DNA of 31,701 nucleotides from a plasmid: sequence record NZ_LT960778.1; one strand, 5' to 3'. Shown piece by piece: positions 19,568 to 28,132 of this stretch (position 1 is its first letter; each line of letters starts with the position of its first letter). The notes under the pieces were generated by a model. It saw only the letters and a program-made list of their open reading frames with translations, ran no database searches and was not told where the DNA came from. The position numbers and the translations under genes were made by a program.

Positions 19568-20494
19568 ATGGACTATTTATACTACAAAGCAATTAACTGG
19601 GATGATATTAAAGATAATTTCGATAAATACATGTGGGAACGACTCACCACTAACTTTTGGTTGGACATTCGGATTCCCATCACGAATGATCAAACGGATT
19701 GGCAACAGCTATCAGATACTCAACAACAGGCCATTACTCGTATGTTGGCAGGTACATCAATGTTAGCCGTCTACCAATCAGAAGTTGGCACCCCTGCTAT
19801 TCGCCACGATCGGAGAACTCAACAAGAAGAATCCGTATTAAACACCATTACCTTTATGAAATCAGTCCATGCCAAAAGCTGTACGACCATTTTTCGGGCT
19901 CTGATTCCGGGTAACGATGGTGGAAGTTTTACTTGGGCAGATGATAATGCCAATCTGCAAGCTGAAATTGACCAACTAGCCCAAACGAGCACTAGCGATA
20001 TGGCCTTACAGAAAAAAGCCCTTTTTATTCTGACTGAAACTGGGCTCTCGTTTGGTAAATACTGGACAATACTTCAAACACAGGATCTCGTCAATACTTA
20101 CCAAATGTTGGCTAATATTCTCCGCGGTAGCGCCCTTTTTAGTGCTTATATTGGTTACAAATTTCGCCTCAGATTTGAAGAACTCACTGTAAGTGATCAA
20201 ACCGAACTGCAGTATTGGATTAATACACAGTTTGATCAACTCATGCAAACTGAAAAAGACTTCTTAGAAGCTAACCTTGACGATGCCACCGAAGCCATCA
20301 ATCTGGCCTCCTATGGTGCCAATCATGCATTAATGTCACTTGGCTTTAACGCTGTCTACGAAGTTCAACCGTCTTCACTAGTGGCGCAACTCAAAGAACT
20401 GATGATTGACCAAAATCAATTTTTGCAACAGGTAACGGCTTCAAACAATGAATCGGACACTGAAAAAATGACCGATAACGACTACGACTTTTAA
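19568..20494 (+). CDS. Degenerate NrdF-like R2 paralog lacking most di-metal ligands and the radical tyrosine
   Basis: It aligns without gaps to the downstream NrdF. It shares the class Ib C-terminal tail (...DYDF, the R1-binding peptide). It reads MKSVHAKSC where NrdF reads MESIHAKSY (Glu to Lys, Tyr to Cys). It reads LRGSALF where NrdF reads IRDESVH (Glu to Ser, His to Phe). It reads MLAVYQ where NrdF reads LLDTLQ (Asp to Ala). Confidence 0.7.
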   Translation: MDYLYYKAINWDDIKDNFDKYMWERLTTNFWLDIRIPITNDQTDWQQLSDTQQQAITRMLAGTSMLAVYQSEVGTPAIRHDRRTQQEESVLNTITFMKSVHAKSCTTIFRALIPGNDGGSFTWADDNANLQAEIDQLAQTSTSDMALQKKALFILTETGLSFGKYWTILQTQDLVNTYQMLANILRGSALFSAYIGYKFRLRFEELTVSDQTELQYWINTQFDQLMQTEKDFLEANLDDATEAINLASYGANHALMSLGFNAVYEVQPSSLVAQLKELMIDQNQFLQQVTASNNESDTEKMTDNDYDF

Positions 20495-20508
20495 GGAGCA
20501 TTCAACTA

Positions 20509-21459
20509 ATGAGCTATAAAACAATTAATTGGGACGTCATCGAAGACGAACTTGACGAATATGTATGGGATAAAGCAACGGCACAATACTGGCTGGATAC
20601 GCGAGTACCTGTTTCTAATGATTTACGGGACTGGCGGACACTCTCTGGCACCGAAAAATCGGTTATCAATCGGGTTGTGGGTGGATTAGCCTTGCTGGAC
20701 ACACTCCAATCCGAAGAAGGAGTCGACGTGCTGCGGCCCGACGTTCGGACACGAAAAGAAGCAGCAGTCCTCAATGACTTTTTGATGATGGAGTCAATTC
20801 ATGCCAAAAGCTACGGCACTATTTTGACATCTTTGAACGATCAAGCCACTGTTGACGAAGTATTCAAATGGATGAACAATAATCCCAGAATGCAATACAA
20901 AGCCAAACGGATCAATGATATTTATCAAACGGGAAACAACCTTGAAAAGAAAGTTGCAAGCGTCTTTCTTGAAGGAATTTTGTACTACACCAACTTTTTT
21001 ACCCCACTTTGGTACCGTGGTAACAATAAGCTGGCAAATCTTTCTGAAGTTATCAAACTGGTGATCCGCGATGAATCTGTTCATGGTACCTACCTCGGCT
21101 ACAAATTTCAATTGGGATATAACGAGCTATCGGCGACTGAACAAAAAACATTCAAAAAGTGGATGGATGAGTTGCTCGACGATCTCCTTGAGAACGAGTT
21201 TGCGTTCACCGAAGAAGTTTACGCGCCGATTGGGTTAGCGGAAGACGTTAAACAATTCGTTCACTACAACGCCAACAAGGCGCTCCAAAATATGGGCTTT
21301 GAATCCCGCTTCCCCAATGCTGAGATTAAAGATATCAACCCAATCGTAATGAACGGAATTTCAACCGAAACGGCTAATCATGATTTCTTCTCACAAGTTG
21401 GTGCTGGCTATCTAATGGGTAATGCTGAAGCTATGAGTAGCGGCGACTATGACTTCTAA
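20509..21459 (+). CDS. nrdF: Ribonucleotide reductase class Ib beta subunit NrdF (canonical)
   Basis: The ligand set is intact: LLDTLQ (Asp), ESIHAKSY (Glu, His, radical Tyr), FLEG (Glu) and RDESVH (Glu, His). C-terminal DYDF. Confidence 0.9.
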   Translation: MSYKTINWDVIEDELDEYVWDKATAQYWLDTRVPVSNDLRDWRTLSGTEKSVINRVVGGLALLDTLQSEEGVDVLRPDVRTRKEAAVLNDFLMMESIHAKSYGTILTSLNDQATVDEVFKWMNNNPRMQYKAKRINDIYQTGNNLEKKVASVFLEGILYYTNFFTPLWYRGNNKLANLSEVIKLVIRDESVHGTYLGYKFQLGYNELSATEQKTFKKWMDELLDDLLENEFAFTEEVYAPIGLAEDVKQFVHYNANKALQNMGFESRFPNAEIKDINPIVMNGISTETANHDFFSQVGAGYLMGNAEAMSSGDYDF

Positions 21460-21500
21460 CATAGGCTTCTAGGCATAATTAAAATTTAAAAAAGGCTAAT

Positions 21501-22542
21501 GGTAGATTGTAAAATTAATCCGAACGCTGTTCGGACAAAAAAGATCAGCTTCCTTTAAAATGGTGTTTACCACAAACCCATCTTTTAGGAGCTGATCTTT
21601 TGTCTAGTATAACCTATTCCGAACGAATTAAAATCGAAACCTTTTGTGAACTAGGGCTGTCCAATATCCAAATGGGCGTTCGGCTGAACCGATCACCGTC
21701 AACAATTTCTTATGAATTATCTCGATGTCAACCTTATCAGGCTGAATTAGCACAAACAGATGCCGAATACAAGCGATCACGATGTGGTCGGAAAACTAAG
21801 CTGAGCGATGAGTTAAAGCAAAAAATTCTCAACCATTTACGTCTAAGCTGGTCACCAGGAATGATTGCTCACGAATTTAAACTAGCTACTAAATCTATTT
21901 ATAATTGGCTAAATCAGGGGAGAATTGGTTTCTCCTTGAATGATCTACCTGAACATGGCGTACGCCAACGGCGTAACGTTGACCAACGATCCAAATATAA
22001 TCAATCTTTGGGGCGATCAATTGAACAGCGTCCCATGATGATTAATCAACGTAATCGCATCGGCGATTTTGAACTAGATACAGTCGTTGATCCTCGTGGG
22101 CATAGTAAGGCAGTTTTATTAACTTTAATCGATCGAAAATCACGGTTCCTTTGGGCATACCGGTTAAAAGATCGGACACAGCGACTGTTAATGAAGCACT
22201 AACTAAGTTCCTAACCACTTTTAATGGTCCGGTGCACAGCTTTACTGTGGACCGTGGCACTGAGTTTAGTGGGCTAGTATCACTTGAATCACAATATGGT
22301 ATTAAGACCTGTTACTGCCATGCTTATACGCCAGCTGAACGTGGTAGTAATGAACGCTTTAATCGGAATTTACGTTATTTTTATCCTAAAGGGACTCGTT
22401 TTGAGCACATTAGTGCTCAAGATTTAACGACGACGTTACTCCAAATTAACCAGCGACCGCTTAAAATACTCGACTGGCAAACACCGTATCAGGTTATGCT
22501 GACAAATTTGTCCAAAAATTCGGATTAAATTTGCAATCTACC
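21501..22542 (+). mobile_element. IS30-family insertion sequence of about 1042 bp with a frameshifted transposase
   Basis: Terminal IRs GGTAGATTGTAAAATTAATCCGAAC (21501) and ATTCGGATTAAATTTGCAATCTACC (ending 22542). No flanking direct repeat. Confidence 0.8.
21600..22528 (+). pseudogene. IS30-family transposase split into two overlapping frames (21600-22202 and 22151-22528)
   Basis: Both parts align to the N- and C-terminal halves of the intact IS30-family transposase at 30637-31557 (HTH LSWSPGMIAHEF...; DDE region ...CHAYTPAERGSNERFNR). The frame changes near 22150-22200. TTG start with SD AGGAG 8 nt upstream. Confidence 0.75.
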
Positions 22543-22570
22543 TTCTAAACAAATATTAGGGAAACCTTTA

Positions 22571-22831
22571 ATGAAAACTTTGTGGTACCCATTATTAAAA
22601 AAAATAACTAGGATAGTTGCTGGCAAAACACTAACCAAAAAGGGACTAGCCTCTGGAATTGCGAAAATTGTTCCAGTCGTTGGTGAGGTTACTTCGGGAA
22701 GTATAACTATGATTGGAATGGAAATGTCAGCTAAGAAACTAAATTCAGAGTTATTAAGGGGATTTGAACAGAATTATTCAGAAAGAGATTATGAAAAAGA
22801 TATAAAAATTATTGAAGCAGAAATAATATAA
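22571..22831 (+). CDS. Hypothetical 86-aa protein with a hydrophobic or amphipathic central segment
   Basis: MKTLWYPLLKKITRIVAGKTLTKKGLASGIAKIVPVVGEVTSGSITMIGMEM... RBS AGGGAAACCTTTAATG. It is followed by a very strong terminator hairpin. No family was recognised. Confidence 0.3.
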   Translation: MKTLWYPLLKKITRIVAGKTLTKKGLASGIAKIVPVVGEVTSGSITMIGMEMSAKKLNSELLRGFEQNYSERDYEKDIKIIEAEII

Positions 22832-22867
22832 ATAGGGTCCTTATCAAGGGACTATAAATTGTATAAA

Positions 22868-22908
22868 CATATAAATAGCCCCCAATATCTACATTATAGA
22901 TATTGGGG
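22868..22908 (+). terminator. Strong 14-bp-stem hairpin terminator (GCCCCCAATATCTA-CATTA-TAGATATTGGGGGC followed by TATTCTTT)
   Basis: Seen directly, downstream of the 86-aa ORF. Confidence 0.6.
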
Positions 22909-22989
22909 GCTATTCTTTCAACGTTTTTGAGGGGCGATTTGTTAGTTATAGACCCTATATATTCATAGCCCCTTTCTGTTTGGTGTTAA

Positions 22990-23215
22990 AGTATTAGTCA
23001 TCGATGTCATGCACTATCTTGTTTAGCTCCGTTTTGATGGAACTGGGAATATTTTCTAAATTGAAATGATTATATATTTCTTTATCCTTAAGCATCCTTT
23101 TTTGTGCCTTATTTAATTTACACTCATTGTTACCCACTACCCATTCATCCTTTGTACGTATAAAGGGGTTTTGCGCACTTTCCTTTAACGCGTTTTGAAC
23201 ATCTTCATAAGGTAA
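22990..23215 (-). pseudogene. Start-less C-terminal gene remnant (...YEDVQNALKESAQNPFIRTKDEWVVGNNECKLNKAQKRMLKDKEIYNHFNLENIPSSIKTELNKIVHDIDD*) next to a 12-bp IS30-end remnant (GGTAGATTGTAA at 23264-23275)
   Basis: Open frame of about 75 codons with no ATG before an in-frame TGA. The IS30 terminal-repeat fragment is adjacent. Confidence 0.25.
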
Positions 23216-23379
23216 ATAAAATTCAATTGTAGATTTATTTAATTGGTAGATTGTAACGTCTCCATGTTTTCAAACGACTTAATTCTACGGGCTATAAATA
23301 ACTTAATTTGCCAGTGTATAACGTTTCAGATTAAGCTACCACTATGCTACAATAACCATATCGAAAGGAGATCAATCTA

Positions 23380-23847
23380 ATGAAATATACGAAAACCAAA
23401 GCAGTATTAAATCAACTCGTTGCCGATTTGAGCCAGATGTCAATGATTATCCATCAGACGCATTGGTACATGCGTGGACCCAACTTTTTGAAGTTGCACC
23501 CCTTGATGGATGAGTTCATGGAAGAAATTGACAGCCAACTCGATGTCATTTCTGAACGGCTGATTGCGCTTGACGGCAGTCCTTACTCGACCTTAAAAGA
23601 AATGGCCGAAAACACTAAGATTCAAGACTGGCCTGGTGAATGGGACAAAACAACCCCAGAACGCCTCGCACACTTAGTTGATGGCTATCGTTACTTGGAA
23701 GACCTTTACCAACACGGCATTGAAGTATCCGATGTTGAAAAAGACTTCAGTACCCAAGATATTTTCATTGGTCTCAAAACCGCAATTGAGAAGAAAATCT
23801 GGATGATTCAGGCAGAGCTTGGGTCGGCGCCGGAAATTGATGAATAA
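23380..23847 (+). CDS. dps: Dps-family DNA-protection/ferritin-like protein
   Basis: 155 aa. HQTHWYMRGPNFLKLHPLMDEF...D carries the Dps ferroxidase-centre His, Asp and Glu residues. RBS GAAAGGAG. Confidence 0.85.
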   Translation: MKYTKTKAVLNQLVADLSQMSMIIHQTHWYMRGPNFLKLHPLMDEFMEEIDSQLDVISERLIALDGSPYSTLKEMAENTKIQDWPGEWDKTTPERLAHLVDGYRYLEDLYQHGIEVSDVEKDFSTQDIFIGLKTAIEKKIWMIQAELGSAPEIDE

Positions 23848-23875
23848 AATAATATTAAAAAATCGGTAGGCTTAT

Positions 23876-24077
23876 GGTAGATTGTAAAATTAATCCGAAC
23901 GCTGTTCGGACAAAAAAGATCAGCTTCCTTTAAAATGGTGTTTACCACAAACCCATCTTTTAGGAGCTGATTTTTTGTCTAGTATAACCTATTCCGAACG
24001 AATTAAAATCGAAACCTTTTGTGAACTAGGGCTGTCCAATATCCAAATGGACGTTCGGATTAATTTTACAATCTACC
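23876..24077 (+). mobile_element. Miniature IS30-derived element (MITE-like, 202 bp)
   Basis: It begins GGTAGATTGTAAAATTAATCCGAAC and ends GTTCGGATTAATTTTACAATCTACC (a perfect terminal inverted repeat). Its internal 150 bp is near-identical to 21501-21650 (the IS30 left end plus the transposase 5' end). Confidence 0.75.
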
Positions 24078-24097
24078 ACAACAAAAAACTCATAACT

Positions 24098-24631
24098 TTA
24101 ATTTAATAAACTATCACTTAGTATTTGGTCCAAATCATTTATTGTTGTGTCATCTCCGACCGCCATAGAAACTAACTTTGTCTTGTTGAAAAGAGCTACA
24201 GTTGGTGTACCAGCAAATTCAAAAGGTTGATTAAATGTGGTATAGAATTTTTGAATTGAGGTTTGAGTTGATGTCGAGAAAGAACCAGTTGGACCATAAT
24301 CAAGATAATAAACTGGTTGTTTAGCCGTCTTGGTAAATTCTTTTAAGACAGGTGAGAAATTACGACAGTGTGGGCATTCCTTGAAGCCAATGTATACGAT
24401 GAATTTATCCCCGTTTGCCACCTTTTGAAGATATTGATCTAAGGAAATAGAAGTAGTTCCTTGAATATTTTGCTCATAAGTTACTTGATCCACTCCGTTA
24501 TCGATGGGTGCCACTTTTTCAGAGGAACTATTTTGAACTGCAGTTTGTGCTTTAACTGAGTTATTATCCGTAAATAAAAATAATAGTCCAAGTACACTTA
24601 TTAAAAAAAATAAATTCTTTTTCATATTCAT
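24098..24631 (-). CDS. Secreted thioredoxin-like (CPHC) bacteriocin accessory protein (PedC/PapC-like thiol-disulfide oxidoreductase)
   Basis: N-terminal signal peptide MNMKKNLFFLISVLGLLFLF and the redox motif FKECPHCRNF. It is the last gene of the bacteriocin operon, after the immunity gene. Confidence 0.65.
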   Translation of the reverse strand: MNMKKNLFFLISVLGLLFLFTDNNSVKAQTAVQNSSSEKVAPIDNGVDQVTYEQNIQGTTSISLDQYLQKVANGDKFIVYIGFKECPHCRNFSPVLKEFTKTAKQPVYYLDYGPTGSFSTSTQTSIQKFYTTFNQPFEFAGTPTVALFNKTKLVSMAVGDDTTINDLDQILSDSLLN

Positions 24632-24644
24632 TACTTCCTACTTT

Positions 24645-25001
24645 TTAGTGTTTTGGTATGTGCTCTGACATAGTGTAGAATTGAGATTTATCCGAAAAAT
24701 CTGCCATGTACAAACCATTTAATCCAGCTTTCTGACCAATTGAACCTAGATCAATAATTAACCTTTCTTCATTTTTCGGAAAATGAAGACGACCTTTTAT
24801 TCCCACACTACGGATATATTGTACAAGACGATTAATTAAAGCTTCGGGATTCTTAGCTATATCAATTTTGCTATAAACTTGGGAAAGAACGTCAATAATA
24901 TCGAGTAATTCACTGGATTTTACAGGACGCTTTTCTAGTAAGTGCAAGAGAGCTTCGATGTTGTTTTTAGATTCAGTTTTAATATTGTCTTTGTTTGCCA
25001 T
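24645..25001 (-). CDS. skgI: Class IIa bacteriocin immunity protein (enterocin A/pediocin-type immunity family). The start was moved to the internal ATG (MANKDN...) with SD AAAGGAGACGTG.
   Basis: About 118 aa with a predicted helical bundle. It lies directly downstream of the pediocin-like structural genes. The gene symbol is by analogy with the sakacin G locus. Confidence 0.6.
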   Translation of the reverse strand: MANKDNIKTESKNNIEALLHLLEKRPVKSSELLDIIDVLSQVYSKIDIAKNPEALINRLVQYIRSVGIKGRLHFPKNEERLIIDLGSIGQKAGLNGLYMADFSDKSQFYTMSEHIPKH

Positions 25002-25070
25002 TTTAATCACGTCTCCTTTTTTATAGTAATAAAAAAAACACAATTAAATTAGTGCTTTTTTATCTGGTAA

Positions 25071-25238
25071 TTAACAAACTCCATGACCGCCATTAGCTAG
25101 ATGGTTTACTCCACAAGTCCATGCTTGCCCCCAATTTACTGAACAGCCGTGAGAGTTACAGCTAACGCCATTACCATAGTATTTACCACCTGTAATAGAT
25201 TTCATTTCTTGAATTGTTAGGCTTTTTGCGTTTTTCAT
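25071..25238 (-). CDS. skgA: Class IIa (pediocin-like) bacteriocin precursor, sakacin G-like, copy 1
   Basis: Double-glycine leader MKNAKSLTIQEMKSITGG plus a mature 37-aa peptide KYYGNGVSCNSHGCSVNWGQAWTCGVNHLANGGHGVC (YGNGV box, 4 Cys). SD GGAG 9 nt upstream. I recognise this mature sequence as sakacin G from memory, without a database check. Confidence 0.85.
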   Translation of the reverse strand: MKNAKSLTIQEMKSITGGKYYGNGVSCNSHGCSVNWGQAWTCGVNHLANGGHGVC

Positions 25239-25342
25239 AAAGAACATCTCCAAATTATATTTTTTAGTGATTCTTGAAGTTCTGTTGTAACGCAGAATTT
25301 TGGAAGAATGAGTACTTGTTAGAAATTTGCCGATTTAAATAA

Positions 25343-25510
25343 TTAACAAACCCCATGACCGCCATTAGCTAGATGATTTACCCCACAAGTCCATGCTTGC
25401 CCCCAATTTACTGAACAACCATGAGAGTTACAGCTAACACCATTACCATAGTATTTACCACCTGTGATGGATTTTATTTCTTGGATCGTTAAGCTACGTG
25501 TATTCTTCAT
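25343..25510 (-). CDS. skgA: Class IIa bacteriocin precursor, sakacin G-like, copy 2. It is below the ORF-track length cutoff.
   Basis: I translated the reverse complement myself. It reads MKNTRSLTIQEIKSITGG plus the identical 37-aa mature peptide. SD AGGAGG 8 nt upstream. The DNA differs from copy 1 by several synonymous changes. Confidence 0.8.
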   Translation of the reverse strand: MKNTRSLTIQEIKSITGGKYYGNGVSCNSHGCSVNWGQAWTCGVNHLANGGHGVC

Positions 25511-25697
25511 TTTGAATACCTCCTGTTAAATAATTTTTACACGATCAGTGTAGTTCTAATGTGAAATTGTGTCAAGTTTAGCAAATATATATTTTAGGCA
25601 TGGAAAAACTTGCTTTTAATTCGACTTGACTATAACGGTATAATACTGGTATTACTATATTTGTTTAGCTTCACAAAAAAATTAGGAGACTTATATA

Positions 25698-27881
25698 TTG
25701 TTTAATCTGTTGAGATACAAAAAATTATATTGTTCACAAGTGGATGAAGATGATTGTGGAATCGCAGCTTTGAATATGATTTTTAAAAATTTTGGTTCCG
25801 AATATTCACTATCAAAATTGCGATTCTTAGCAAAAACCAGTCAACAAGGGACTACTATTTTTGGACTGATAAAGGCTGCAGAGGAACTAAATTTAGAAGC
25901 GAATGCATTACAAGCTGATATGGGCATCTTTAAAGATGAAAATTTAATGCTACCAATCATTGCACATGTTTTAAAGCAAGGAAAAGTTCTGCATTACTAC
26001 GTTGTATTTGATGTTTCGAAAGACTTTTTAATTATTGGTGACCCAGACCCAACAATAGGAATTACGGAAATCTCCAAAAAGGATTTTGAAAATGAATGGA
26101 CGGGTAATTTCATAACATTTTCAAAAGGAAAGAACTTTGTTTCAGAGAAGCAGAGAAATAACAGTTTACTCAAGTTTATTCCTATTTTGAGACAGCAAAA
26201 ATCCCTAATATTCTGGATAGCTTTCGCCGCAATACTATTGATGATAATTAGTATTGCAGGATCACTTTTTTTAGAACAACTTGTAGATATATATATACCA
26301 CACAAAAATATGGATACATTGGGGATTATCTCGATTTGCTTAATTGGAGCCTATCTTTTACAGGCCGTAATGACGTATTTTCAGAATTTTTTACTAACTA
26401 TATTTGGACAAAATCTTTCTAGAAAAATTATTTTAAATTATATTAATCACCTTTTTGAATTACCCATGTCTTTCTTCTCAACACGTAGAGTTGGCGAAAT
26501 AGTCTCTCGGTTTACAGATGCAAGCAAGATTATAGATGCTTTGGCAAGTACGATTTTGACTCTCTTTTTAGATGTTTGGATGTTGGTTACAATCTCAATC
26601 GTTCTCGTATTTTTAAATACAAAGTTATTTATGATTTCTCTGGTATCTATACCGGTGTACTCAGTTATAATTTATGCGTTTAAAAATACATTTAATGGCC
26701 TGAACCATAAATCAATGGAAAATGCAGCATTATTGAATTCTGCAATAATCGAAAACGTAACTGGCATAGAAACTGTAAAATCATTAACTTCAGAAGAATT
26801 TTCCTACAATCAAATCACTGATAGATTCGAAAATTTTCTTAACAGTTCCTTACGGTATACGATAGCTGACCAAGGACAGCAAGCTTTAAAAGTGGGTTTG
26901 AAGCTAATTCTTATAGTCTTTATCTTATGGGCTGGAGCAATCCAAGTTATGAGGGGGAATCTCACAGTCGGAAGATTATTGGCTTTTAATGCTTTAGTAA
27001 CATACTTTTTAAATCCCTTAGAGAATATTATTAATTTACAACCAAAGCTACAAACTGCAAGAGTCGCTAATATTAGACTAAATGAAGTATTATTAGTGGA
27101 TTCTGAGTTTAATAGGGGGGGACGCGACAGCTCAACAAACTTAAATGGGGATATCGTATTTCAAGATGTAGAATTTAGTTATGGTTACGGATCGAACGTA
27201 TTGCACAACATCAATATAAAAATACAAAAGAATAGTAGTACAACGATTGTTGGTATGAGCGGTTCTGGGAAATCCACATTAGCAAAATTAATGGTTGGTT
27301 TCTATCAAGCCGGATCAGGACAAATATTATTAAATGGTAAATTAATCGATAACATTGATCGTCATGCCCTGAGACAATCGATTACGTATGTACCACAGGA
27401 ACCGGTAATGTTCGCAGGTACAATTTTAGAAAATCTTATTATGCAGAATAAAAGAAATTTATCTATTGATAAAGTGAAAGAGGCATGTAGGATAGCCGAA
27501 ATTGATAAAGATATAGAAAATTTTCCTATGGGGTATGATACAGATATTTCCGAACATGGGAGTTCAATCTCAGTAGGTCAAAAACAAAGACTTTCTATTG
27601 CAAGATCACTGCTGACAGAGTCTAATGTTTTACTGTTTGATGAATCAACCAGTAGTTTGGACACTATTACTGAGCAGCGAATAATTGAAAACCTATTGAA
27701 TTTAAATGACAAAACATTAATATTCGTTGCACATCGATTGTCAGTTGCTAAGCAAACTGAAAATATTATCGTTATGGATCACGGTGGAATTGTTGAAACA
27801 GGTTCGCATGATAAATTAATATTGGAAAATGGATATTATAAAGAATTATGTACTGTGAAGACGAAGAAAAAAGAATTTTAG
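25698..27881 (+). CDS. skgD: Bacteriocin ABC transporter with an N-terminal C39 peptidase domain (PedD/LagD-like)
   Basis: N-terminal SQVDEDDCGIAALNMIF (C39 catalytic Cys), six TM helices, Walker A GMSGSGKST and the ABC signature. TTG start with SD AGGAGA. Divergent from the bacteriocin genes. Confidence 0.9.
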   Translation: MFNLLRYKKLYCSQVDEDDCGIAALNMIFKNFGSEYSLSKLRFLAKTSQQGTTIFGLIKAAEELNLEANALQADMGIFKDENLMLPIIAHVLKQGKVLHYYVVFDVSKDFLIIGDPDPTIGITEISKKDFENEWTGNFITFSKGKNFVSEKQRNNSLLKFIPILRQQKSLIFWIAFAAILLMIISIAGSLFLEQLVDIYIPHKNMDTLGIISICLIGAYLLQAVMTYFQNFLLTIFGQNLSRKIILNYINHLFELPMSFFSTRRVGEIVSRFTDASKIIDALASTILTLFLDVWMLVTISIVLVFLNTKLFMISLVSIPVYSVIIYAFKNTFNGLNHKSMENAALLNSAIIENVTGIETVKSLTSEEFSYNQITDRFENFLNSSLRYTIADQGQQALKVGLKLILIVFILWAGAIQVMRGNLTVGRLLAFNALVTYFLNPLENIINLQPKLQTARVANIRLNEVLLVDSEFNRGGRDSSTNLNGDIVFQDVEFSYGYGSNVLHNINIKIQKNSSTTIVGMSGSGKSTLAKLMVGFYQAGSGQILLNGKLIDNIDRHALRQSITYVPQEPVMFAGTILENLIMQNKRNLSIDKVKEACRIAEIDKDIENFPMGYDTDISEHGSSISVGQKQRLSIARSLLTESNVLLFDESTSSLDTITEQRIIENLLNLNDKTLIFVAHRLSVAKQTENIIVMDHGGIVETGSHDKLILENGYYKELCTVKTKKKEF

Positions 27882-28055
27882 ATAAAACAAAAACGAAGCA
27901 GTTCACCCTTATAACAATAGTGATATGCCAGTAACAACTGGGGTAATGGCGGAGTTAATTTACGAATTTATACGAATACAGTATAATAGAAGAAAGGCAG
28001 TTTAGTGTCCACTCTTCTGCCAGCTTAGTATCGAGTTTTTATCCAACTCGATACT

Positions 28056-28092
28056 AAAAACGCCAATCATTAATTTGATTGGCGTTTTCTTT
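28056..28092 (+). terminator. Rho-independent terminator after the ABC transporter
   Basis: AAAAACGCCAATCA-TTAATT-TGATTGGCGTTTTCTTTG. Confidence 0.7.
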
Positions 28093-28132
28093 GTTAACAC
28101 ATAACGAAATATTTTGAAGGTGGTATATTTAC

